A stretch of 64,000 bases of DNA from Lysobacterales bacterium (GTDB taxonomy: Bacteria > Pseudomonadota > Gammaproteobacteria > Xanthomonadales > SZUA-5): NCBI GenBank assembly GCA_022844165.1, contig JALHMH010000001.1:128001-192000 (forward strand), given 5' to 3'. A program made the translations under genes and the position numbers. Shown piece after piece: positions 19,347 through 29,174 of this stretch. Each line of letters starts with the position of its first letter. Within the stretch, counting starts at the first letter, position 1. The notes under the pieces were generated by a model. The model was not told the origin of the DNA. It saw only the letters and a program-made list of their open reading frames with translations, and made no database searches.

Positions 19347-20588
19347 CTAAGATTTTTCGTGCTGCTCCGTTGCGGCAAAAAACCTCACCAGTTGCTCTGC
19401 TACCTCGCGACGTTTGAGTAAGGCAAAGTGGTTCATCGCGTATCCAATCCACTGCTGGTCGCATGGGAAGCGCAGATTGTGTACAGCATCCGGGTGTTGC
19501 CCAAGCGCACTGGCGATCGACACCAGGCCATCGCCCGTCGGACGTGCGGTCGGACCTGATGATCGGCTCGCAGCCAACGCAAAACTGCGCACATTGGCTG
19601 GCAGTTCGAGTGCTGCACGTGCACCTCGGCGCCGTTCGAATCGATCGGTGCCGCGCCAGTGTTCGTCAAGCACATTGCCATAACGCAAGTCAGTAATGCC
19701 AGCGCTGCGGATCCTTGCCAAACGTGCAAATGGCGCTGAAAACCGGCTGACGCCCAGCGCCATATCGACCCAATTGCCACCCCGTTCGAGCAGTGCACCG
19801 TGGTGCGGCGTGCCGAGGAACGCGACCTTGCTCAGTTTGTCCATCCAACGGTGGCCAGACTGCTCGGCAATGTGCATCGCGCTGCGTACCACCAGCCCAC
19901 CCATGCTGTGGGCCAAGAACGCCAGCTCCTTGGGCTGCGTGCCGCACGTCTGGTACTGGCTTTCCATCAGTTCCGCCAGCTCACGGCCATTCTCAGAAAT
20001 GTGCCTGCCGCTGTTGTAACGCAGATACATCGGCGAAAAGCCATGCGCTGCGGCCAGAGCGGCGCCGTGACTGTAGTCCTCTCCGATCCACTGTCGATCG
20101 CACATACACAGACCATGGACCAGCACCAGCCACTTCGGCTCAGCGCTTCGCTCAGAGGCATTGACCAATCGGGAATGGTCGTTGATGTGCGGCGCGAGCT
20201 GCCCCTCGTGAATCAAGCGCATTTCGATCGCCAGTGGGTTACCGCTCGCCGCCAGATGATCGCCGAGCACGCCATTGAGTGCGGCGATCAAACGTTCGCG
20301 CTCGATTGACGACTCGGGGCGCTCAAGCGCTACAGGCAGCTGTTTAAGCGCCAGATCCAGTCCGCTGCCCACAAGGCGCGTCACGCCGCGCACCGTGCGA
20401 TACACCGCACCGGCAATGCCGTCGGTGCGCTCACGTGGTGCACCGATCGGTTGGGCGATGGCGCCATGCAGCGCTTCGACGAGGTCGGTCACACCTAAGG
20501 TCGCTTGCGTAGCGAGGCGCGCCAGCCCGCGGATGTCAGATCCATGCAGGGGCGGTTTTGGCAAAAGAGAGTCCCTCGCGAACGGCAA
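19347..20588 (-). CDS. Lipase/PGAP1-like alpha/beta hydrolase
   Basis: LVHGLCM, YNSGRHISENG, AHSMGGL, LGTPHHGA, GDGLV. Confidence 0.85.
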   Translation of the reverse strand: MPFARDSLLPKPPLHGSDIRGLARLATQATLGVTDLVEALHGAIAQPIGAPRERTDGIAGAVYRTVRGVTRLVGSGLDLALKQLPVALERPESSIERERLIAALNGVLGDHLAASGNPLAIEMRLIHEGQLAPHINDHSRLVNASERSAEPKWLVLVHGLCMCDRQWIGEDYSHGAALAAAHGFSPMYLRYNSGRHISENGRELAELMESQYQTCGTQPKELAFLAHSMGGLVVRSAMHIAEQSGHRWMDKLSKVAFLGTPHHGALLERGGNWVDMALGVSRFSAPFARLARIRSAGITDLRYGNVLDEHWRGTDRFERRRGARAALELPANVRSFALAASRSSGPTARPTGDGLVSIASALGQHPDAVHNLRFPCDQQWIGYAMNHFALLKRREVAEQLVRFFAATEQHEKS

Positions 20589-20633
20589 ACTGCCGCAACG
20601 CTGTTCTACGCGAGCAAGGGTCGATTTGCGGCT

Positions 20634-20783
20634 CTAACACGTTGTTGAGGAAGTACTTAACAGCACCTTCTCAACGTCGCGAGTCCAGCGCAGGTCTGGG
20701 CTCGCTCTGCATGGCTCCAGCACTCGCGTGCTCGATCCGTGGTCGAACTCAGCGACAGGCCCGCTTCGTTCGACAGCGCACGG
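20634..20783 (-). repeat. Repeat family A, diverged copy in reverse orientation
   Basis: Reverse complement matches 15092-15201 and ends CTCAACAACGTGTTAG, similar to 1085-1100 CTCAACAACGTGCTAG. Confidence 0.8.
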
Positions 20784-20791
20784 GCGACGCG

Positions 20792-22117
20792 CTAATCGGC
20801 CACGTGGCTGCCCTTCGGCAACTCCAATCCATGACCATGCGGACCGCGCTCAGTGCGCCAAAGCAAGAAAGAGAACACCAGCCCCAGTGCCGAGAGCGCC
20901 GTGTAAAACCACATGCCGGAGGCATATCCGGCTGGATTGGTTTCGCTCGCCTGACCCCAGTCATTGAGCACGCCGATGATCAGCGGAACGACAGCCCAAC
21001 CCAGTTGTTGGCAAAAGGTCATCAACGAGTACGCCGACCCTAAGCGGCGAGGGTCCACGATGTAGGCAACCGCAGGCCACATTACTGCTGGGATCAATGA
21101 AAACACGCCGCCCAGCAACACGATGACCACGAGCAGCGTCAACGGCACCGCGCCGCTATCGAAGAAGGGCAGCGCGATGAGCGGGCCGGGCGGCAGATAG
21201 GTGACGGCCAGAAACAACGGCAACATCACCAATGAGCCGATCGCCATGAACCAGGAGCGTCGACCAACGCGGTCAACCAGCAATCCGAAAAGTGGTGTGG
21301 CAAAAATGGCCGACAGCGGCAACAGACTGCTCAGCATGCCTGCCGTTTCGCGGTCCAGGCCATGCGCTGTCTGGAAGTAGTTGATGGCAAAGCCGCGGAA
21401 CGGAAACACCGTCGAATAGAACACAACGCACAGCGCTACGATGTACCAGTACGACTTCGAAAACTGGTAAAGGCCCCGAAATTCCAGACGATCCACGTCG
21501 CCGCCGCGGCCCAGATCGACACAACCTTCCAGGCGACGCTCTGTCATCCAGTAGAGCATCGCCGCCGTGAGCGCCACCGCTGCCACACCGGTGGCGAGCC
21601 ACAGAGGATCTTGCCAGTTGCTGTACAGCGGGCTGGCAAACGATGTCGACCAATCAGCCGACGCTGAGCCCAGCCGTGAAATCGAAAGATTGATGCCGAA
21701 AGCGAAACTCAGCTCGCGACCGCGAAACCACTTCGCCAGAACGGTGGTTACGGCGACGATCAAAGGCTCGGCGCCCAGGCCCAGAACAAAGCGGCTGGCC
21801 AGAATGACTTCGTACTGGCTGGTCGCCACGGTCAGCAAAGCCGCGAGCAGACAGAGCGCTGCGAACACGACGATTGCGTTTCGCGCACCGAACCGGTCGA
21901 TGACATAACCGCCAGCCAGCAGAACGAGCAGCGCTGCAACACTGTATGCCGTCGACAGGAGGCCGATTTGCTGAAAACTGAAACCGAGTTGCGAACGCAT
22001 CAGATCGACCACCGGGCCAATCGAATCGTAGATGTAGTAGTTGCCGAACATGGCCAGGCTCACCAGCATCAATGCCAGCCAGCGTTGTGCGGTGGTCGGT
22101 CCAGGTAATGCGTTCAT
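20792..22117 (-). CDS. MFS transporter
   Basis: About 12 TM helices; GYVIDRFG and GLLVDRVGRR loop motifs. Confidence 0.9.
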   Translation of the reverse strand: MNALPGPTTAQRWLALMLVSLAMFGNYYIYDSIGPVVDLMRSQLGFSFQQIGLLSTAYSVAALLVLLAGGYVIDRFGARNAIVVFAALCLLAALLTVATSQYEVILASRFVLGLGAEPLIVAVTTVLAKWFRGRELSFAFGINLSISRLGSASADWSTSFASPLYSNWQDPLWLATGVAAVALTAAMLYWMTERRLEGCVDLGRGGDVDRLEFRGLYQFSKSYWYIVALCVVFYSTVFPFRGFAINYFQTAHGLDRETAGMLSSLLPLSAIFATPLFGLLVDRVGRRSWFMAIGSLVMLPLFLAVTYLPPGPLIALPFFDSGAVPLTLLVVIVLLGGVFSLIPAVMWPAVAYIVDPRRLGSAYSLMTFCQQLGWAVVPLIIGVLNDWGQASETNPAGYASGMWFYTALSALGLVFSFLLWRTERGPHGHGLELPKGSHVAD

Positions 22118-22233
22118 TGAGCCTCTCGTTGTCGGTCTATCGCATGCGCACAGCGCTCGGCGCCGATATTACGCAACTGCGGATGGCCAGGTTGATGAAT
22201 CGGCAAGCCGGTCGTTAACAATGGATCGTGTAC

Positions 22234-22812
22234 TCACCCAGACCACACGTCCGATGCAGCCAGGCTCGGGCAACTGTCCACCGGTTGGGCTTCTCGCCCG
22301 ACCAACGTCGAATCGAATATCCAGCAGTCATCCAAAACGGAGCAATAACAAACCTGGGCGCTGATATGGTGCCTTTCTACATTCATTGCGTCCCACAACC
22401 TCTTTGGATTCTCTGACTTGCGCAAACGGAACAGTTGCAGCTCGGCTTCAGGCTTCATGACCGGCTGCACTGACGATGTGATCGTGATCGTCGTTTCTTT
22501 CGCGTCGGGAATGCGGCAACAACGATCCAGCAACTGCGACTGGTTGGCAACGGCCTCGCCGCGATAGCGCAAGCTGACCCATCTCACGCGCGCAGGACCT
22601 ACTCCGGCGTTTTCGAGTGAGAGGCTGATCTCCGGTTCCAATGTATCGCTGAGGTTACTACTGCCAAATTGCAAGCTGGGCCAGGTGCTGGCCGCCAGCA
22701 ACTGCTCTTGAACCCGATTGGCAACCGTCGCGACATACACGGATATGGCCGAGATCAGCACGGCCGCCAGAGCCAGTAGCAGATCCACGGACTTGCTTCG
22801 ATTGTGGTTCAT
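22234..22812 (-). CDS. Hypothetical membrane-anchored protein
   Basis: N-terminal TM, ENAGVGPA, CYCSVLDDCW. Confidence 0.75.
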   Translation of the reverse strand: MNHNRSKSVDLLLALAAVLISAISVYVATVANRVQEQLLAASTWPSLQFGSSNLSDTLEPEISLSLENAGVGPARVRWVSLRYRGEAVANQSQLLDRCCRIPDAKETTITITSSVQPVMKPEAELQLFRLRKSENPKRLWDAMNVERHHISAQVCYCSVLDDCWIFDSTLVGREAQPVDSCPSLAASDVWSG

Positions 22813-22900
22813 AGGCCAGAGATTTGCGACGTATCGAGTGCACGGTCAAGTCTACCTTGCGCTACCGCTATGATGAGCGCGGCTTACTCTGGAGCACGCC

Positions 22901-24640
22901 ATGTCGACCCCGCTGCCGCAATTCTGGCCCGGATGGGCAAAACGACTTGCCGACTTGTACTACGCCGGGACGTCGGCAATGTTCTTGCTGCATGGGAATA
23001 CGCATGACCTGGTGCCGCTGGCAGGTACCGATTTGCCCCGTTATGGACCGCTCAATGAGTTCCTGGGCACACAGGTATTCGGGCGTTTCGACCTCGTGCT
23101 CAGCTACGATCTTGCACACGGAATACGTCCTCTGGGCGGTGGCGATATTGAACGCCAGCGGCAGATGGTCGGCGTGCTCTCGCGACGCATCGGCGATCCA
23201 GAAAAGCTCCCGCGCGACCCAACTCAAGCGCTGTTTTTGCTGGATCGTCTGGTACTCGATAACCTGACGGCCAAAGAGGCCGATCGTATCCGCGTCGCCA
23301 TCCTCTTCGACTTCGCTTCCTTCGTCGCGCCCGATGCCGACCGTGGTGGTACGCAGCTCGCTGCCAATCTGGTGACGTTGCTCAAGTGGGCGGCGAATCC
23401 CTATGTCAAACGTAGCAATCTGGCGTTTGTCCTGATTGATGAGCGGCTCGCGGATTTCCATGATCGGCTGTCGAGCAGCCCGCACGTCAACACCATCGAA
23501 ATCCCATTGCCGGACGAGAGTGAGCGACTGAGTTTTTTGCAGATGCTCACGCGCGATCAAGATGTTGCAAGTTTCAGCGACTTCTCGATCGAATCGCTGG
23601 CCAAACTGACAGCGGCAGTCACGCTTTCCGATCTTGCCGTTCTGATCGAAAGCTCGCGCCGTACCGGTCAGCGGCTCGACGACAAACGCTTCAAGGCTCG
23701 CAAGAAGCAACTGATCGAGCGCCAGGCGCAGGATCTGCTCGAGTTCATCGAACCCAAGTTCGGCCTGGAGCGTGTGGTCGGCCACGACGCTGCCAAAAAA
23801 CGTCTGATGGATGATGCCGAGATTATCCGCCGTGGGCGTCTGGACGTTGCCCCAATGGGTTATTTGTTCAACGGTCCGGTGGGTACCGGCAAAACCTTCC
23901 TGGCGACCTGTCTGGCCGGATCGATTGGCATGCCATGCGTGAAGCTCAAGAACTTCCGCAGCAAATATGTCGGCGAAACAGAGGCGAATCTGGAACGCGT
24001 GCTTGGCGTGCTGCGTGGCATGGGCCCGGTGATGGTCATCATCGACGAGGCCGATGCGATGCTCGGGCAACGCGAACAAGGCGGCGACTCGGGTGTCGGC
24101 AGCCGCGTTTTCGGCATGATCGCCAACGCTATGGGCGATACCGAATACCGAGGCAAAATCGTCTGGATGCTGCTGACTGCGCGCCCCGATCTTCTGCCGA
24201 TCGATATCAAACGCCAAGGCCGGGCGGAGATCCACATCCCGCTGTTTTATCCGCAATCGCAGGACGAGATTCGCGCGTATTTTGTGGTCATCGCCAAAAA
24301 ATTCGGCGCACCGCTGGAGCCCGGCGACGTGCCGGATGCACCCTATGTCGGCGACCTCTCCGGGGCCGACATCGAATCACTGGTGGGCCGCGCCTGGCGC
24401 GAAACCTTGATCGCGGGCGAAGACAAACTCACGCGCGAACGCCTGATCGCAACTTTCGACGGTTTCATGCCCTCGACGCAATCGCTGGAACGGGAGATGC
24501 AGGAAATCGCAGCGATCATCGAATGCACCGATCGCGCCTTTTTGGTGCCGAGCGCACTGAAGATGCTCCAGGCACATGGCGATCGCGAAGGATTGCAGAG
24601 ACGATTCAAAGAGATCATGCGATTGCTCGGTAAAGCCTGA
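22901..24640 (+). CDS. AAA+ ATPase (degenerate N-terminal AAA module, intact C-terminal module)
   Basis: GPVGTGKT, SKYVGETE, IIDEAD, KRQGR; GGAG RBS. Confidence 0.88.
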   Translation: MSTPLPQFWPGWAKRLADLYYAGTSAMFLLHGNTHDLVPLAGTDLPRYGPLNEFLGTQVFGRFDLVLSYDLAHGIRPLGGGDIERQRQMVGVLSRRIGDPEKLPRDPTQALFLLDRLVLDNLTAKEADRIRVAILFDFASFVAPDADRGGTQLAANLVTLLKWAANPYVKRSNLAFVLIDERLADFHDRLSSSPHVNTIEIPLPDESERLSFLQMLTRDQDVASFSDFSIESLAKLTAAVTLSDLAVLIESSRRTGQRLDDKRFKARKKQLIERQAQDLLEFIEPKFGLERVVGHDAAKKRLMDDAEIIRRGRLDVAPMGYLFNGPVGTGKTFLATCLAGSIGMPCVKLKNFRSKYVGETEANLERVLGVLRGMGPVMVIIDEADAMLGQREQGGDSGVGSRVFGMIANAMGDTEYRGKIVWMLLTARPDLLPIDIKRQGRAEIHIPLFYPQSQDEIRAYFVVIAKKFGAPLEPGDVPDAPYVGDLSGADIESLVGRAWRETLIAGEDKLTRERLIATFDGFMPSTQSLEREMQEIAAIIECTDRAFLVPSALKMLQAHGDREGLQRRFKEIMRLLGKA

Positions 24641-24774
24641 TCCAAAGCCAGCCTCAGGTACAGGCGTCATACGAGGAACGGCGCAAGATTGCGCCGTCGA
24701 GGCCGAACCGAGACTTTTGTCAGCCAGCGTCGATTTGTCCGGTCCATTTGTCAGCGCTGCAAAAGGATCGGCAG

Positions 24775-25482
24775 ATGTTGGCGTTGGTACTGATGAGTTC
24801 GATGCTCGCGACCAGTTGTGAGCTGAGCGCCCCAGCCATTGCGCCGGTGCGCATCGAGTTGTACACCAGCGAGGGCTGCTCATCCTGCCCACCCGCTGAG
24901 CGTTGGATGAATTCACTCCCAACGCGCGACGACATGTTGCCGATGGCGTTCCACGTCGACTATTGGAACTACCTCGGATGGCGTGACCGCTTCGCCGACG
25001 CGCGCTATTCGGCCAGGCAGCAGCGCATGGCAGAGCGCTTCGCGCGGCCCGTGGTCTACACGCCAGCCGTCGCGATCGACGGCGCCGAGTGGCGCTGGCG
25101 CTCGGCGTCGCCGCCCCTTGCGAACAGACCCAGCGTTGCGATGACAGCCAACATCAAAGTCAGTGCACATCGATTGCGCGTCCGCGCGTACGCCGACCGT
25201 GGGACTTTGCATGTGGCCGTCACGGAATCGAATTTGCATACGGAGGTGCGCGCTGGTGAAAACGCCGGTGCAACGCTACGACACGATCACGTCGTTCGTG
25301 CCTTTGGCGAAGAACGCCAGCGCGGCCCGGTTGATCTCAAACTACCGAACGATGTTCAACCGGCAAATGCGCGCGTATTGCTCTGGCTGGAAGACGATAA
25401 CGGAAGCACGCTGGCCGGCATCAGCGCCCCACTCGCAGATCTTGTCAATGGCGATTGCGCGCGGCAATCGGGCCGTTTGTAG
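24775..25482 (+). CDS. DUF1223 thioredoxin-like secreted protein
   Basis: ELYTSEGCSSCPPA, FHVDYWNYLGWRD, GENAG..LRHDHVVR. Confidence 0.88.
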   Translation: MLALVLMSSMLATSCELSAPAIAPVRIELYTSEGCSSCPPAERWMNSLPTRDDMLPMAFHVDYWNYLGWRDRFADARYSARQQRMAERFARPVVYTPAVAIDGAEWRWRSASPPLANRPSVAMTANIKVSAHRLRVRAYADRGTLHVAVTESNLHTEVRAGENAGATLRHDHVVRAFGEERQRGPVDLKLPNDVQPANARVLLWLEDDNGSTLAGISAPLADLVNGDCARQSGRL

Positions 25483-25533
25483 GCCGGCCACTTAAGTACC
25501 GATTCTGTTCCGCCGTTGCGCTTTGCGAGCGAC

Positions 25534-25773
25534 TCAGGCCGCGCGCCTGGGCTCGCGCAAATCATCAAACCGCCGATGCAGATCGTACGACGGTTCCGTG
25601 ACGATGCGCTCTAACGTTGCCACGCGTTCGCGCAGCAACTCAATCTCACGCTCCAATTGACGATCGGGCGCACGCGCGCTCTGCATACGCTCCTGATGCT
25701 TCAACCACCGCGAGCCCAAACCGGCCAATGTCGACACCACAACAATCACGGCCACCATTTCGAATACGCCCAC
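25534..25773 (-). CDS. Small single-TM coiled-coil protein (PspB-like)
   Basis: AGGAG RBS with GTG start; TM followed by LRERVATLERIVT. Confidence 0.7.
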   Translation of the reverse strand: MGVFEMVAVIVVVSTLAGLGSRWLKHQERMQSARAPDRQLEREIELLRERVATLERIVTEPSYDLHRRFDDLREPRRAA

Positions 25774-26299
25774 AGTTGTCTCCTGATACCAGACCAGCAA
25801 GATGTTATCTGGATCGGCTCCAAGCGTACACTGACGAATGTCATGGGCGAGAAAGTGCCAGCATTTCAGTCCTGACAGAGCAGGGCGAAGCGCCCGATTC
25901 GATGCTCAGTATGGGCAGCGCCTTAGAGATTCGAAGCTGCCCGGCAAAGCCTGGCAGGCGGTCAACGGTGATGCGCGCGCAGCGCGGCGGGTGCTGGCGT
26001 TTTTTAGACGTTGAGCGACGTTTAGCGATTCGCTGACAGCCCATCGGCACGATGCCAGCCAACAGCCAAAGCGCGAAGTTTTCTCCTATCGAAGATGGCC
26101 GCATCCTGCGAGGCCGGACTGTTCAATTGGGATCAGATCGCGGCTTCGCGCGATCTGTTCGTTGAGCGTCAACGCGGGTCAAGGAGCGAAAACTTTAAGC
26201 CGAGCGAAGCAGCTGCGGAGTGGTTTGGGATCGCGGGTAAGCACAGAATCCTGTTGACGTGGTCAACCGAGTACAACAGGCCACTTCGACCCGGCGCCT

Positions 26300-27456
26300 T
26301 CAACGGGTCACAGTTGGACCTTTCGCCTTGAGCGCTTTCATGACCGCCTTGAGCGCTTTCTTGACCGCCTTTTCGCCGCCCATGCTTTTGCCAGCATTGG
26401 CCACGATGAGTACACCGGACTCGGTTCGTGGGAAAAGGGCGGCAAAGGCGAACCAGGTCCCGTCTGACCCTGTATGCAGGAGCACAGGGCCAACGTGTCC
26501 CTGCATGGAATTCTGGAAAGCCCAGCCCAGGGCCATGCCGAACTTGCCTTGAGGTGTCTGTATCAGGCGATAGGTTTCCGTCTTCAGAAGCTTGCCTTGC
26601 CCATTCGCGCCTTTCATCTGGTCGAGGCAGAACGCTGCCCAGTCATCCATTGTCAGGTACGTATTGCCAGCTGGGGCGTAGAACAGCGGGTTGCCTTGCT
26701 GCCCGTCTGGGGGGGGGCAAATTGTGGATGGCCGTCCGACGAGGCCAGAACGGGTTTGCCGTCACGATGACCCAGTGGCTCGTCGCCACGCGTAATGCCG
26801 AACTGCGCACTTTCCATTCCGAGGGGATCAAAGACATAGCGGCGCACCAGGTCTTCGTAGCTGGACCCCGTGGCGCGCTCGGCGATTGCCGCAGCGATGA
26901 TGAAGCCGGAGTTGCTGTAGTGCGGACGTGCTCCCGGTCGGACGGCAGGCGGATCCTGCAAGGCACGCGCGATATAAGCCATGCGTTGCTCAGGTAGAGA
27001 GCGAGGATCGGTGTAGAGCGCCTCGAAGAGCTTCCAGTCGCTGCTGTCGTGTTCCAGCCCGCCGCGATGGGCCAGAAGCTGGAGTAAGGTCACGGACCGG
27101 TATTCGGGGCGCATCTGCGCCGTGAGATCAGGCAGCAACGTGGAGAGGGGTGCGTCCCATGACAAAGTCCGCTGTTCGACCAGCTTTGCGATCAAGGTTG
27201 CGGTGAAGACCTTTCCATTTGATCCGATATGCCAAACATCTCCTGTCCGGACAGGCTCCGCAGCATCCTGGCGCCGCAACCCTTGCACGGCCTTGCCCGC
27301 AGTCTCGCCATCCCGCATGACCAGAATCGCCATGGCTGGAACCTGAGTTCTCGCCCTCGCAGCGGCGAGGACGGCAGTAAGGTCCTCGGCGAAAACCGGG
27401 GGTGACAGGCCGAAAACACAGAGCAACACGGCAAATGCCCAACGATGCAAGGTCAC
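26300..27456 (-). pseudogene. Serine hydrolase (beta-lactamase family), frameshifted at a G9/C9 tract
   Basis: Signal peptide, GSNGK (SxxK) and YSN lie in the first frame. NPLFYAPAG...DW and HTGS lie in another frame after the 26709-26717 G-run. Confidence 0.85.
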
Positions 27457-27547
27457 GTCAACCTCCTCTTGTTACGCCTTTTCCAAGATTGCGAGACGAA
27501 ACTTTCAGATTCGAGGGCGATTGCACAGAATCATGAGACGTCAGGCT

Positions 27548-28102
27548 TCAGTCCGGCAAAGGGAAGTTCAAACATGGTTCCGTTTCACCACCACGCCTCT
27601 TGAGCGACTCATCAAGCGCCGCCTTGATGCGTGCATCCTTTATGCCCAAAGCAGAAAGGCGTTCAAGTACAGCTTCAGTTGACCCGCACGCTCGAGACTC
27701 AAGTGCCATCAGTGCCAACGCAAGAGCCGCCCGATGAGCTTCTTCGCTGCCTGGGTTCGTCAATGACATAGAAGCCGACAGATTAGATGCAGCGAGCGCC
27801 CGGCGGGATGGATCACGCGGGAACGCAATTTCTATTGCCGCAACGAGCTGATACATCCTGAGGTCACCAGGACAACTGACGCTCAACTCAATGAACGGAT
27901 TCGTTGCGTCCGGTTCGCCACGAAGCGCCTCAGCAAGCGCCCCCGCAGTTTCATCCGATTTCAAATCACAGAAGTAGTCTGGATCCCAGGTCGCAGACTG
28001 AGTCTGGGACGCATCACTTGCAGCATTTGGCATTTTTCCCCACATCCAGGCGACTGCGCCGCCAAGCAAGAAGGTCATCAGGGGAAGTGTCCACCTGTTC
28101 AT
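27548..28102 (-). CDS. Hypothetical protein with an N-terminal hydrophobic segment
   Basis: 184-aa ORF with a GGAGGAG RBS, directly downstream of the tRNA. Confidence 0.65.
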   Translation of the reverse strand: MNRWTLPLMTFLLGGAVAWMWGKMPNAASDASQTQSATWDPDYFCDLKSDETAGALAEALRGEPDATNPFIELSVSCPGDLRMYQLVAAIEIAFPRDPSRRALAASNLSASMSLTNPGSEEAHRAALALALMALESRACGSTEAVLERLSALGIKDARIKAALDESLKRRGGETEPCLNFPLPD

Positions 28103-28226
28103 CGGCCCCGAATCTCCTCCGTCCTCGATACTGAAACCTGACGCTCAGTAGATACAAGGTGTCTCAAGAAGCACACCTGGACCTTTGACCAGACGAAAGA
28201 CGATGGGTCGCAAGATGTTGACTGAA

Positions 28227-28302
28227 TGGTGCCGACGAAGAGAATCGAACTCCCAACCGCCTGATTACAAATCAGGTGCTCTACCAATTGAGCTACGTCG
28301 GC
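28227..28302 (-). tRNA. tRNA-Thr(TGT)
   Basis: GCCGACGTAGCTCAATTGGTAGAGCACCTGATTTGTAATCAGGCGGTTGGGAGTTCGATTCTCTTCGTCGGCACCA; 76 nt cloverleaf with encoded CCA. Confidence 0.97.
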
Positions 28303-28329
28303 GCTGCGAGGGCGGAGTCTAGCAAGTTG

Positions 28330-28806
28330 TCACTGGCCTTCCCAAGTGTGCGAGACGCGCTGTTCGTCGATGAGTGTGCGCATCTTAAGCTTGCCGCCTT
28401 CGATCCATTGCCACACCCGGGAGCGGAAGTTGCCGCAGTCGGAGATCTGGATCATCTCGTACAAGTAGGTGCCTTCCTGGCCTTTGCGCACCCAATACAG
28501 CATTACGGTGCGGTTAAAGCCATCCAGACCAACTTCGGCGGCCCATCCGGTGATCAGTTCGTTATCCCACCAGATGCGACCATTTTTGTAGGTCGCGGGG
28601 AAGTCGCGCGACTCGCTGCGACCGTCGGCCCACAGGTAGTGATTCGACTGGTGATAGGGGAACTCGCCGCCGTCTGGAAAGCGGCACACGAGGCGCGAAC
28701 GGTGTTCGTCGATTTTGTTGCCGTCGACGTCGTAGTAGCGATAGAAGCCTTCCCAGACGCCTTCATGGCGTGCGAGCAGCGGCATTGCAGTTCTGATGTC
28801 CGACAC
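28330..28806 (-). CDS. DUF3598-like beta-barrel protein
   Basis: HEGVWEG.Y, YHQSNHY.W.DG, LYEMIQ, RSRVWQW, RTLIDE. Confidence 0.7.
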   Translation of the reverse strand: MSDIRTAMPLLARHEGVWEGFYRYYDVDGNKIDEHRSRLVCRFPDGGEFPYHQSNHYLWADGRSESRDFPATYKNGRIWWDNELITGWAAEVGLDGFNRTVMLYWVRKGQEGTYLYEMIQISDCGNFRSRVWQWIEGGKLKMRTLIDEQRVSHTWEGQ

Positions 28807-28826
28807 GTAGACCTCCCAGGTTGGAT

Positions 28827-29174
28827 TTAGATCTTGCTCAGCTCTTCCGGCGTTGCCGCAAGACCAGGCGCTTCTTCGAGCGCCTCAAGCTCCTGTTGCA
28901 GCACGCGCAAACAGCGGCCAATGAGTTCTTTGTGCATGCTCGAGCGCGCGCTTGCTTCGGCGCTGTTGGGCGCAAATTCTTCGATCTCGCTGCGTGACAA
29001 GACGCCCCTGTTTTCCAGAAGGCGCTCCAGGGTATCGAGCCGCTCGCGGGTCACGGCCAGTTCCTGTAACAGCGCCAACGCGACATTGAAAACTCGCTCG
29101 GCTTCGCGATCGGTGAAAAACCACGGTCGTTTGCCTTTGGCCTTGGCGTTGGCCAGTGTGACAGGATCGCTCAT
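28827..29174 (-). CDS. Conserved hypothetical coiled-coil protein
   Basis: AKGKRPWFF, ELAVTRERLDTLERLLE; ATG overlaps the methyltransferase stop. Confidence 0.75.
   Translation of the reverse strand: MSDPVTLANAKAKGKRPWFFTDREAERVFNVALALLQELAVTRERLDTLERLLENRGVLSRSEIEEFAPNSAEASARSSMHKELIGRCLRVLQQELEALEEAPGLAATPEELSKI

Noticed and set aside
19150-19464. N-terminal extensions in the ORF track (STAND protein, thiG, ctpA, acyltransferase, lipoxygenase and others)
   Set aside because: They overlap neighbouring genes or intergenic elements and lack family-like sequence. Downstream starts fit better.
22868-24256. Long antisense or alternate-frame ORFs (also 833-1849, 8631-9461, 36118-37419, 38697-40412)
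   Set aside because: Shadow ORFs of well-supported genes in GC-rich DNA, with no recognisable motifs.
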